From positions 25,159,175 to 25,223,174 of the forward strand of contig NC_092677.1 in the NCBI RefSeq assembly GCF_964355755.1: 64,000 nt of DNA, written 5' to 3'. Position 1 is the first letter of the stretch, and the number at the start of each line of letters is the position of its first letter. The stretch is from Antedon mediterranea (taxonomy: Eukaryota; Animalia; Echinodermata). This document shows positions 26,201-36,737 of this stretch, in pieces. The position numbers and the translations under genes were made by a program. Below the pieces are notes generated by a model, which was not told the DNA's origin, made no database searches, and saw only the letters and a program-made list of their open reading frames with translations.

Positions 26201-29200
26201 GGAGAGAGTGGAGATGGAATCAACTTAATCAACAAGGGGATGTGGAGAGAGTGGAGATGGAATCAACTTAATCAAGAAGACGATGTGGAGATGAAATCAA
26301 CTTAATCAAGAAGACGATGTGGAGAGCGTGGAGATGGAATCAACTTAATCAAACAGACGATGTGGAGAGAGTGGAGATGGAATCAACTTAATCAAGAAGA
26401 CGATGTGGAGAGAGTCGAGATGGAATCAACCTAATCAACAAGACGATGTGGAGAGAGTGGATATGGAATCAACTTTTAATCAAGAAAAAGATGTGGAGAG
26501 AGTGGAGATGGAATCCACTTAATCAAGAAGACGATGTGGATAGAGTGGAGATGGAAGAAAGTTAATCAACAAGACGATGTGGAGAGAGCGGAGATGGAAT
26601 TAACTCAATCAACAAGACGATGTGGAGAGAGTGGAGATGGAATTAACTCAATCAACAAGACGATGTGGAGAGAGTGGAGATGGAATCAACTTAATCAAGA
26701 AGACGATGTAGAGAGAGTGGAGATGGAATCAACTTATTCAACAAGACGATGTGGAGAGAGTGGAGATGGAATCAACTTATTAAACAAGACGATGTGGAGA
26801 GAGGGGAGATGGAATCAACTTAATAAAGAAGACGATGTAGAGAGAGTGGAGATGGAATCAACTTAATCAAGAAGACGATGTGGAGAGAGTGGAGATGGAA
26901 TCAACTTAATCAAGAAGATGATGTGGAGAGAGTGGATATGGAATCAACTTATTCAACAAGACGATGTGGAGAGAGGGGAGATGGAATCAACTTAATCAAG
27001 AAGATGATGTGGAGAGAGTGGAAATGGAATCGACTTAATCAGTAAGACGATGTGGAGAGAGTGGAGAGGGAATCAACATAATCAACAAGGGGATGTGGAG
27101 AGAGTGGAGATGGAATCAACTTAATCAAGAAGACGATGTGGAGATGAAATCAACTTAATCAAGAAGACGATGTGGAGAGAGTGGAGATGGAATCAACTTA
27201 ATCAAACAGACGATGTGGAGAGAGTGGAGATGGAATCAACTTAATCAAGAAGACGATGTGGAGAGAGTGGAGATGGAATCAACCTAATCAACAAGACGAT
27301 GTGGAGAGAGTGGATATGGAATCAACTTTTAATCAAGAAAAAGATGTGGAGAGAGTGGAGATGGAATCCACTTAATCAAGAAGACGAGGTGGATAGAGTG
27401 GAGATGGAAGAAAGTTAATCAACAAGACGATGTGGAGAGAGCGGAGATGGAATTAACTCAATCAACAAGACGATGTGGAGAGAGTGGAGATGGAATTAAC
27501 TCAATCAACAAGACGATGTGGAGAGAGTGGAGATGGAATCAACTTAATCAAGAAGACGATGTAGAGAGAGTGGAGATGGAATCAACTTATTCAACAAGAC
27601 GATGTGGAGAGAGTAGAGATGGAATCAACTTATTCAACAAGACGATGTGGAGAGAGGGGAGATGGAATCAACTTAATCAAGAAGACGGTGCGAAGAGAGC
27701 AGGAGATGGAATGAACTCAATTAAAAAGACGAGGACTTAATATGAAAAAGATGCGAAACAATATATAATTGGTTTATAATGGTCTGTTGGTCCTTACCTC
27801 TTTTTACCCTTTTGTTCAATGCCCATCTCTTTCGCCCATTCTTTGACAGTATGCCCGTAGCCTACTGGTTGATGTACAGGAGAGTGATGGCTAGAATCAT
27901 GATGGGGTTCATGCGTCGTATGTACGTTGTGTACACTGATTTTAGAAGGATCTTTCTTCGCTCGTCCAGTTACAGTGACATACATTGGTTGGTGTTTATC
28001 GTCGCGTACAGCGTACGTTTGCTGTTGTAAATATATATGTAAATGAGTACAGTTAATTACCTTAAACTAGATGGCACGCTCGCTTCGCTCGCGTACCATC
28101 TAGGTCGTGCCAACAGATGGTTCTCGAATACACAGTATTTCCAGCGAGAAAAAAATGGAGATTTCAAATGTACGTACTGCAGGACTATAATACATTGTCG
28201 TTTACAGAAACGAATAAATATACACAATGATTTATGTAGTCAACCAAAATTAGCACCCTGGGAATTACTTCCGAGAGAGAAACAAAATGAGTCAAATTTT
28301 TTTATTTGGACTAATTTAAACAAACCCAATTTGTGTTTTGTATGTAACATAAGGGTTGAGGGATGGGGGAAGAAGATAGGTACAAAGAGGAAACATTTTA
28401 AAATATATTCTTATCCACTCAGTAACGAAATATTGTTTTTAATGTTTTATAGGCCTATAAATAATATACCACTAAATACAGTAAAACATTTACGATTTAA
28501 TACGGTACTTTGTTAAAACTCTCACTGTCATAGTCGATTGAAATAGTAAAGTACATGTAACGATACACCACTACGACGTTTATATATTTTTAAATTATTA
28601 ATTAATACAAACGTTGAGAAGCAACTGTCAGTAATAACGTTTATTTATTTGTATATTATATGTTTATAATCTAACAGTAGGGCCTATCCACACTCACAGT
28701 AATAAAGTTTATTTGTATATATTTTTATATTACATCTAACAGTACCAACACTCACAGTAAGAAATTTGCGATTCAAATTGCGATCAAAAGTGGTTATACC
28801 TTAACAGTATTGTACAGCATTGCAATACTATTTATGTTTATTCTCCAAGGGGGCCCATAAATCTAAATCTATACCTCTATAATGGTTAAACCAAATAATT
28901 TGGAATGTTTATTTGTATATTATATGTTTATAATCTAACAGTAGGGCCTACCCACACTCACAGTAATAAAGTTTATTTGTATATTTTTATATTACATCTA
29001 ACAGTACCAACACTCACAGTAAGAAATTTGCGATTCAAATTGCGATCAAAAGTGGTTAATACCTTAACAGTATTGTACAGCATTGCAATACTATTTATGT
29101 TTATTCTCCAAGGGGGCCCATAAATCTAAATCTATACCTCCATGGTTAAACCAAATAATTTGGAATGTTCCATTCATCACAAATCAATACATTTGTAAAA

Positions 29201-32200
29201 ACGTATATTAAATCTATCAAAATAGTATTTTTAAAAGAAAATCGGCCTGTCTTCAACATTATGATGCTGTACTCTAGCTGTTCAACCGATTTTCAGCTAT
29301 TAAAAACAATTATCGTAGGAGGAGATAGGAAAATGCGAAGCCTCCTCGCATTTTTTTGGCGGGTATTTTTCAAGATGGACATCCATTAGACAGTGTATAC
29401 CACGATCGGAAAACACCCCTATTTGGGGCAAATCGTTGAACCTAAATTCGTTTTAATCGTCAATAACTAATTATCTAACTCAATTTAATTAGTAAACAGG
29501 GTTACATCAGGCGGTTAAAATCAGTACCGAAAGTACGAACCAACTTTACATACCATCGAGTGAAAATTCTAGAAGTAAGGCGCGATTTACCGAATTTTGC
29601 CCTTACGTAAATTTATATATAGATTGCGTAGGGCCTTCCTACCTACAGTACTTTTCAATTACGCACACAAAAGTTACTGTAGGAAAAAGGCCTTTTGATA
29701 ATTGTACTACCTCATCTGGTGCAAAAGAAATGCGATCGGTTAAGGTTAAGGTTGATCGGAAATAGGCTGCGCGACGCATGATGGGAAGGGTTTGGGATCA
29801 AACGTCACGGCGTTTGTTTGTACGTACGCGTCGTGACGTTTGCTCCCCCCCCCCCCCGCCCCATGCCTTGTGCAATGATGTTAATCGTTTCTCAGAATGT
29901 ACTGTGTGGTAGTGAGAGTCAATGTAACTTATACCGTAATAAACCAGTATTGTCTTCATTCAATTACAGTAAATCCCTGTAATGTACAAATTATGATAGG
30001 ATCTTCTTACCATTCTGTTCGATTCTTCTTGCTGCTCGGGGTGGTGGCGATGACTACTACCATGGCCTGCTATGTGATGAATACTTTCTTTGTCTCTCTG
30101 CAGACGTTCTATCTGTCGAATTAACTGTTTCTCCTCCTGGCGAAACGCATGTTCGCTCACATATTGAGCGTTTTTGATAAACCTAGAGGCCAAAATAATT
30201 AATTAGGACATTTTACATTACTTGTGTTAGAAGTAGGTCTACTAGTCCTAGTAATCAGTAGGCCATGTGTAGGTAGCTCTGCTTAGGCCTATGTCTCATG
30301 GAGACTTACTGCTTTTAACGGCCAAGTGCGGGCAAAATATTACTATTGATCATACATTCCAATAATTATCGATCTATAATTTCCCCTATGTTTCATCATT
30401 TTTGGGGTCATTTGTGTTACACGATCTTGTTGAAAATAAACATTTTTTATCAGTGGGAAGATAGTTTAAATTAAACAGTAAAATCTGTATTCTTTTGTAC
30501 GCAACTCTTGTAAATAGAGAAGCATTTTTAGAAAACTATGGAAACAAAACGGTGTGGTAAAAAATGACTAAATATAGGTAATATAACTTGAATTTTACGT
30601 TTCTGGTATTTATATTCAAATTCAGTTGTTTATATTCGTGTTACATCAGCAATTATCCATCGTATACCCACCATCTTTTTTTTTCTTCAATTTCTAGGGA
30701 ATCACCAGACATGCATTACATTAGTTAAACTACCCAGCTACTGAAATATCTGTCTGATTTTTATAGCTGTTTTTGTTTGACCATTTGTAGGGAAATTCAT
30801 ATTGTTTCATCATGCTTTATGTTACACATATTTGATTTATGTACAATTAGCCAAATATTATATTTACATTTTATGTTTGCCTTTTGTTTTTGCCTTTTGA
30901 GAATTTAATTTTGTTTTGCCTCATGTCAGCGCTGTGTCGGTTTTGTTTTTCTTTTGCATATTTATACTGAATAAAAAAAAAAAAAAAAAAAAAAAATTAT
31001 ATTTAAAGTTTATGCCTGTACCTGAGCTTTAAAAACCATCATTCGCATCAAATATTAACATAATTATCTTGTCAACGTACTACCGTTTTATACACTCATT
31101 TCACGGCATAATTTGTTTAACCTTCTGGCCTTCTAATTAATTCTCGTTCATCTTCTATGACGAAGAATCGAGAAAAGGTACTTTCGTCAAATTATATTTT
31201 GTAAATTAGGACTTATCCGATTCATTTTCAATAAAAACATATACAGGATTAATACTAATGTCGCTAAATTCAATTTCTTGGACTTAATTATTTTATTGAT
31301 TTCTGAATGCGTTCTTATGTAATAACAAACAGAGTTGATATCGTCATTATGATGATGTCTCATCAAGCTGTGTGAATTTCAAATTATGGAGATTCACACT
31401 GTCAGTCAGTTCGCAGTAGTCAGTATATATGTATAACAGACTTTCGAGTGCTCTTGGCATTTTTTTAATTTAGTTTTTTGCCTGTTTCTTTCTTTTTTTA
31501 CTTGTTAATGCACATTTACACAAACGAGCGGTAACGGGTAATAAAAATATAGAATCCATGTTATTCCTTATGACCATTTACACACAATGCGGAGCGGAGG
31601 GGCGGTTTCCGTTCAGGATAGATACAGAATCTACGTGCGACAAGCTACGCGGTTTTCCGCTTACCGTTACCGCTCGTCTTTAAATTGCGCTTTATAAGAT
31701 TTTATGCAATATTTTTGACATGTTTTTTTACATGCAGTTTGGCCACGAGATATAAATTGGTCAGTATTTTTGGAAATAAAAAGAGAATAATAATGCATGT
31801 CGGTTTAGTTCATTTATTTTATAAAAATAATATTTATATAGGCATAGGCCCTAATATTATTAATAATATTTAAAAAATTTGCTCATATTGATATTTTGGT
31901 TTTACTTCTTGTTCTGTTGATGAAATTAGCCTTCAATTAATGAAAATTAATCATTATTAAATTTTTACCACAAATCGGCATTTAATTATGCAATCAACAA
32001 TTCAATTCATGAGAAGAACGGGAATGCAAACTCACGTCACAGCAGCAGCAATAGGGCCGACATTCTAACGTTTAGAAACAGTTAGGAGGATCGGAAAGCC
32101 AAAAATGTTTTCCATTAATTTGTGTCCTAGGCTAAACTGAAATCAGGCTTCGGAATTATGAAATGCAATATAGCCTATAATAAACCGAGGCCTAATTGAT

Positions 32201-32407
32201 AATGATAATGCCTGTATATTTTGTTGTATTTATTCGGAAAAATAAAGATAATGTGTTGGAATCTTACCTGGTTTGTTGGCCATATTCAACGCGAACTTTC
32301 TTGTTGTTTACGTTGACAGAGTGCACCGTCCGCGCATCCATCGTCGGGTCCCGTGCGGTTACGTTCAACCCCATCGTTTGGAGCTGTTCTCGTCCTAAGT
32401 TACTCAT
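22856..32407 (-). CDS. Spliced 6-exon gene, 526 aa: N-terminal coiled coil, His/Ser/Arg-rich low-complexity middle, C-terminal C16orf78/DUF4638-like motif
   Basis: Exons 32407-32268, 30182-30011, 28021-27798, 24787-24315, 23951-23784 and 23259-22856 all have GT-AG boundaries with matching phases (2,0,2,1,1). They total 1581 nt with no internal stop. The C-terminus EILQSRYLRLSDSNVKTLIEICNDEGIEVGIHPHMDIED resembles the remembered C16orf78 tail (CRYLRLS..NI.TL...C...G..V.IHPHM). Confidence 0.85.
23784..23951 (-). CDS. C16orf78-like gene exon 5
   Basis: Acceptor TTTATAG, donor G|GTATTA; overlaps ORF 23707..23901. Confidence 0.8.
24205..24266 (-). mobile_element. tRNA-derived SINE head fragment
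   Basis: Homologous to 10352-10436, with A and B boxes. Confidence 0.65.
24315..24787 (-). CDS. C16orf78-like gene exon 4 (His/Ser/Arg-rich)
   Basis: Acceptor CCTACAG, donor A|GTATGT; overlaps ORF 24298..24801. Confidence 0.88.
24860..27735. repeat. 43-bp minisatellite, about 67 copies
   Basis: Unit GACGATGTGGAGAGAGTGGAGATGGAATCAACTTAATCAAGAA; fills nearly all of intron 3 of the C16orf78-like gene. Confidence 0.98.
27798..28021 (-). CDS. C16orf78-like gene exon 3
   Basis: Acceptor CAG, donor AG|GTAAGG; overlaps ORF 27794..27985. Confidence 0.85.
28067..29623 (-). mobile_element. Non-autonomous Helitron
   Basis: Minus strand begins A|TCTATATATAAA and ends with the GC-rich hairpin CTAGATGGTACGC...GCGTGCCATCTAG|T; inserted in an AT dinucleotide with no TSD. 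Confidence 0.8.
28640..29168. repeat. Near-identical tandem duplication of about 262 bp inside the Helitron
   Basis: ATTTGTATATTATATG...GGTTAAACCAAATAATTTGGAATGTT occurs twice. Confidence 0.92.
30011..30182 (-). CDS. C16orf78-like gene exon 2 (coiled coil QEEKQLIRQIERLQRDKE)
   Basis: Acceptor TAG, donor ATG|GTAAGA; overlaps ORF 29960..30193. Confidence 0.85.
30780..30996 (+). mobile_element. Poly(A)-tailed retroposon 3' end
   Basis: T-rich UTR-like stretch ending in AATAAA and a run of about 25 A. Confidence 0.4.
32268..32407 (-). CDS. C16orf78-like gene exon 1 (MSNLGREQLQ...EYGQQT)
   Basis: ATG in ACCATG context, open frame, donor AG|GTAAGA, phase 2. Confidence 0.75.
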
Positions 32408-33197
32408 GGTAGAAGTGTGATTGTTTTACACTTCTTACTAATTGTAATTGTATATTTTATTAGTTGATGGAAGAGTGAAGATCGACAACGTCGGTGTTTT
32501 TAAAGAATTTTGCAGTGTGACGTGATTTTTAACAACACCATCATCATCACACTCTCGTCGTCTCATGTACCGCGCCGCCGGTAACCAAGGACATTGGAAT
32601 AGCGCCATCTCGCGTCACGCGCGTAGATTGAAATATCGTGCATACTACACGTGGCATATGTACTACTCTACGTAGGCCGGGTGCGTACGACGTACAGTAC
32701 GGTAGAAAACGAAGGAAACTTTAGACGTCCTTTTTTGTTTATACTTTTTTTACTCTTATAAATAAATTATACCTTTTGAGATTCTCAATTCAAGTAGAAA
32801 AGTACCTAGTAAAACGAAAAAAACAAACCAAATTTCATTGATATTTATTTAATTGTTGTTCCTAGATTATATTATTATAGTAATTTTGTACATATCATAT
32901 TGCTAGTATTATCTAATATATTTATTATATCTATACTGTGTGTTGTGTGCAAGTTTCTAGATGAAAAAATAGTGTTAATTGATTATTAATTACTAAGATA
33001 CTGAGTGATAGGCCTAGATATGTCACTCAATTAATTCTATCTGGCAAAACACTGGGACACAAAATTTCCCCAATGCTGGCTTACACTTACGTTGCTAACT
33101 ACACTATAATTATTACTATTATTCTTAACCACTAGATTTTTCAATTAGAAAAATATAGAAATATTTGTAGAAAATTTAGATCAAGTGTTTCGGTTAA

Positions 33198-33357
33198 AGC
33201 TTGGTTCCCAATTGGATGCAATGCAACAACATTACGTAGGCACAACTCAAGAGAGTTGACCACCAATCACAAGCGATAGTTTGAATGATCCACATGCTGT
33301 GATTGGTCAAATTATTTAAGGTGTGCTTCATCATTTGCGTCCAATAGGAACAAAGTT
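33198..33357. mobile_element. Harbinger-like MITE family B, diverged
   Basis: TAA|AGCTTGGTTCCCA start, internal CCAATCACA/TGTGATTGG. Confidence 0.7.
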
Positions 33358-34065
33358 TATAAGATTATTTATTAAATATTGCTGCATGTTGTATAGCATA
33401 AGATAACAATAAATCCTGAAAAATAACATTTGCTGTTTTAAAATCTCTCTATGGAATTTTTTTTTAATTAAAAAATTAATAAACAAAACTCGGATAAAAG
33501 TAATATGTATTTATTTTTCTTTTCTTAGTGCATATTGCAACTGTTGTTGAAAATAAAAGGAAAAAATAATATTTTTATTTGAGAAAAAAAAATTGACAGC
33601 AATTCCTTTACAGCCTAATTAATACATTTTACCTAATTAAAATTTATATTATAAAGATTACTAATTAATGGTAATATATAAATGATACAAATTGAAAGAC
33701 AAAATCAATAATAATTTGGCAAGATTACAGTAATAACAAGAAAGATGCCGGTAACAAATAAAATAAAAGTACTGATTGATAATAGAATTTTGATATATGA
33801 TATCAAAGTATATTTATCGTAAAATGTAGCATATATATGTTTTATAAATCAATTAGGAAGACATAATCAGCATATCTTTAAAACACCCATCATTCTTTGT
33901 TCCAAAATTGCCAAATAGTAGTAAGAGGAAAGATTATGATAAAGGTTCTGTTCTCTGTGACGGTATTCACCATTCAGGGAAACACTCTTTACATTGAGAA
34001 CAAAAAATACCACCAACAACAACTCCCAGTGATACCACTTAAATTCTAAATTTGTATTCACTTAA

Positions 34066-34399
34066 AGATGTATTGTTCCCCCCCCCCCCCCCAAAAAAAA
34101 CATGAAAATTGAAGATTAATCAAATCAGACAAAAAATAGGCTATTTTGCAGTTTTAATAAAGGTATTCACTTTTGTAAAACAAATAAACTTATAAAAAGA
34201 CAAGAAACGGTTAATTTTAACCAAAAACTATTGTCTGACAGACAATTCAAATATTGTTTACTTTAATTTACTTTTTTTTCAGGTAAATAATTTTTTTGGA
34301 GATCCAGTTTTTGGTGAAAGTGAAAACTATTATGTGGCATCAAAATGGCATATCCAACAAAAAATGTGAAAAAAAATTTTTTTTTTAGGGGGACAATCT
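34066..34399 (+). mobile_element. Kolobok-like family C copy
   Basis: TTAA duplication on both sides; AGATGTATTGTTCCC ... GGGGACAATCT. Confidence 0.8.
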
Positions 34400-35199
34400 T
34401 TAAGTGAAATACTTAGTATTTAAGGGAATGGGTGATTGGTGAATATGGCCACTGGTTTCCTTGGAGTGTGGTTATCAGAAGATTTTTCTGAAGTACCAAA
34501 CTATATTTTGGCAACTTTCACAAATTCAATAATGATTTAAGTAATTAGTAAATTACCAACCATTAAGTACTAAACATTTAGACAGAAATCTGCATATATA
34601 CAGTTAAGTAGGTTAAAATATAAACATCCTCTTTAACAGTAGAACCTGTATATATAACTAAACACTTAAAAATATAATATTTCGGTCACAGATTTTTTGG
34701 CAAACCTTAGGGCAAAAGCCTGGTGCTTTGACTAAACTAACTTGAGAAAATTAAAATTTAAAAGTGCATATTATATAATATTTTGTACTGTGTTCATTGC
34801 ATTAACATAATCTAGTATATAATTAATTTAATAACTGTATGATACTTTTATAAAATACATAATCTTTTTATAATTAATTCAATATCTTTATTACATACAG
34901 TTTATATACTTATATATATATCATAATTCTTTCATTAGCCCTGATAAAGGAATAGTAATTTTTCCCCATAAAAACCTTTTATGGTGTACAGTCAACTCTC
35001 CCAATACTGGACTTTCTGAGAAAACCAACACTTTATCAAAACCATACTTTCTTAAGTAAAAAATTCTATTTACTAAATAGTTTAATAAAATTACACATAC
35101 ACTTCACGAAATAAAAGATTTTTTCTCCGGAAGCCCAATCCAATCAATCAATCAATCAATTAATCAGATTTATATATATATATATCCATAATAATTGGA

Positions 35200-35641
35200 T
35201 ATCACCTATATATCCATAATAATTGGATATCACCCGTCACCTTGATACACTTAAGTTCATTCATCACTATGCTCGAACCAATTGTCTTCATCATTCCGCT
35301 ATTAATATATTCCCTAGGTTGTGGGAAGAATTACCGGAAATAATTAAAAATTCTTTAATTTTAGACAGTTTTCAAATATTTTTAAATTCACTTAAATCAC
35401 ATGTTTTATATTGACTTTGTTGAATCGACTATTATGTATTTTATCCGTTTATTTTATATTGACACTGTTGATTCGTCTATTTGTTTTTTAAATATTTTTA
35501 TATAGTTTATTTTATATCATTGTTGTTACTTTGGGAGTACGGAACCTGAACTCTTGTTATAGTGATTAGGTTCACTTTTAGGTTCCTGCCTACTCCCTTA
35601 GTTTCTGTGTTTTGTTTGTTTGTAACTGGTTTTTGGCAATA

Positions 35642-35676
<35 letters not shown>
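35200..35676 (+). mobile_element. LINE (L2/Crack-like) 3' fragment with (AAT)n tail
   Basis: RTNC...IFPRLWEELPEIIKNS...F...LKSH resembles an RT C-terminus, followed by a T-rich UTR and an AATAAA(TAA)n tail. Confidence 0.75.
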
Positions 35677-35678
<2 letters not shown>

Positions 35679-36609
35679 TTCAAAGGCGCTTGACAAAGTT
35701 AAGCAGGAAATGCCTCTGTGTAAATATGGGTTTTTAGTCGTCAGACATATTAGACTATATTGGGAGAGTCAACTGTACTACCTCAACTGAGAGTCCCACT
35801 GCTTTCCACAGCATTTGTTTCCAGTAATTTGCCTTTGGATTTAGTATCTAGGCCTACAGTATTTTCTTTTTATTTAAAAAATTCTTATCTGCACTTTTTC
35901 AATTATTTAATTTGTTGCATAGTACAATTAAATAGGCTGATATTTGCTTATCTGAATGTGGTGTTTTTTTTAAATAATGTAATTTTAAAATATATCTATT
36001 TTTATCCTTGTATATAGTAGTTTCAAAACATTGTTGACAAGTCTATGGTGGCATTTTGTGCTTGTGAGAATCGTAACAGCACACTGTTTAATACTTATTG
36101 GCATTTCATAGCTCGACAGTATCAATATTCTACTCTAATATTTAGTAAATAACTATTTTTACATGTACATGTTTTTTTTTTTAAGGTTTACAGAATAAGT
36201 TTAAACACATATACATTATTATATATTATTTATCCTATTGTAGATTATCCCAATTTATATCATTGTAAATTGATTAAAGCTTCAAGCTTTATTCCTGCTA
36301 TGACGCAACACAACAACGCAATCAAGTTGACCAATGATTGGTCCAATCATTTTCATTGTGCGTACTCCACTGTGTTTCCGAGTGGGTCAATAACATTTTT
36401 CATTTGACATAATTATTAATAATTATAAATTTTTTAAAGCTCTTCACTTAATATCTTTAAATGAAAATTTAAACCTCTTTATTTACTTGAAAGAAGAAAA
36501 CAGTAAAATTGTCTCAATTTTACTTAATGAATTTCTCATGTAAACTTTGATAATTGACCTTTATGATTTGATTTGATTTGACCTCTATGCTATATCTATT
36601 TAACATGTG

Positions 36610-36737
36610 TTACGGGGTGCTTGGTGATGATTGTACTCCCTGAGCGCAACATCTTTTTTTCTTGATTACAGGTTGTCGTCGAAGGCTTATTGAGTCCGAA
36701 TACTGAGGAAGGAGGACCTCTGGAGGTAAACGTTTAC
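36610..36737 (-). CDS. RAB22A: Rab22 exon 6 (hypervariable tail ...[17 protein letters not shown])
   Basis: TTTAG acceptor, phase 1 continuation, TAA stop. Confidence 0.9.

Noticed and set aside
24860-27735. CRISPR-like appearance, and ORFs 26534..26866 and 27432..27740 in the 43-bp repeat
   Set aside because: The units are contiguous with no unique spacers, in a eukaryotic intron with no cas genes. The ORFs are by-products of a unit length not divisible by three.
28043-28516. 157-aa plus-strand ORF with CxxC motifs
   Set aside because: It crosses the Helitron terminus, is antisense to the host gene and has no recognisable domain.
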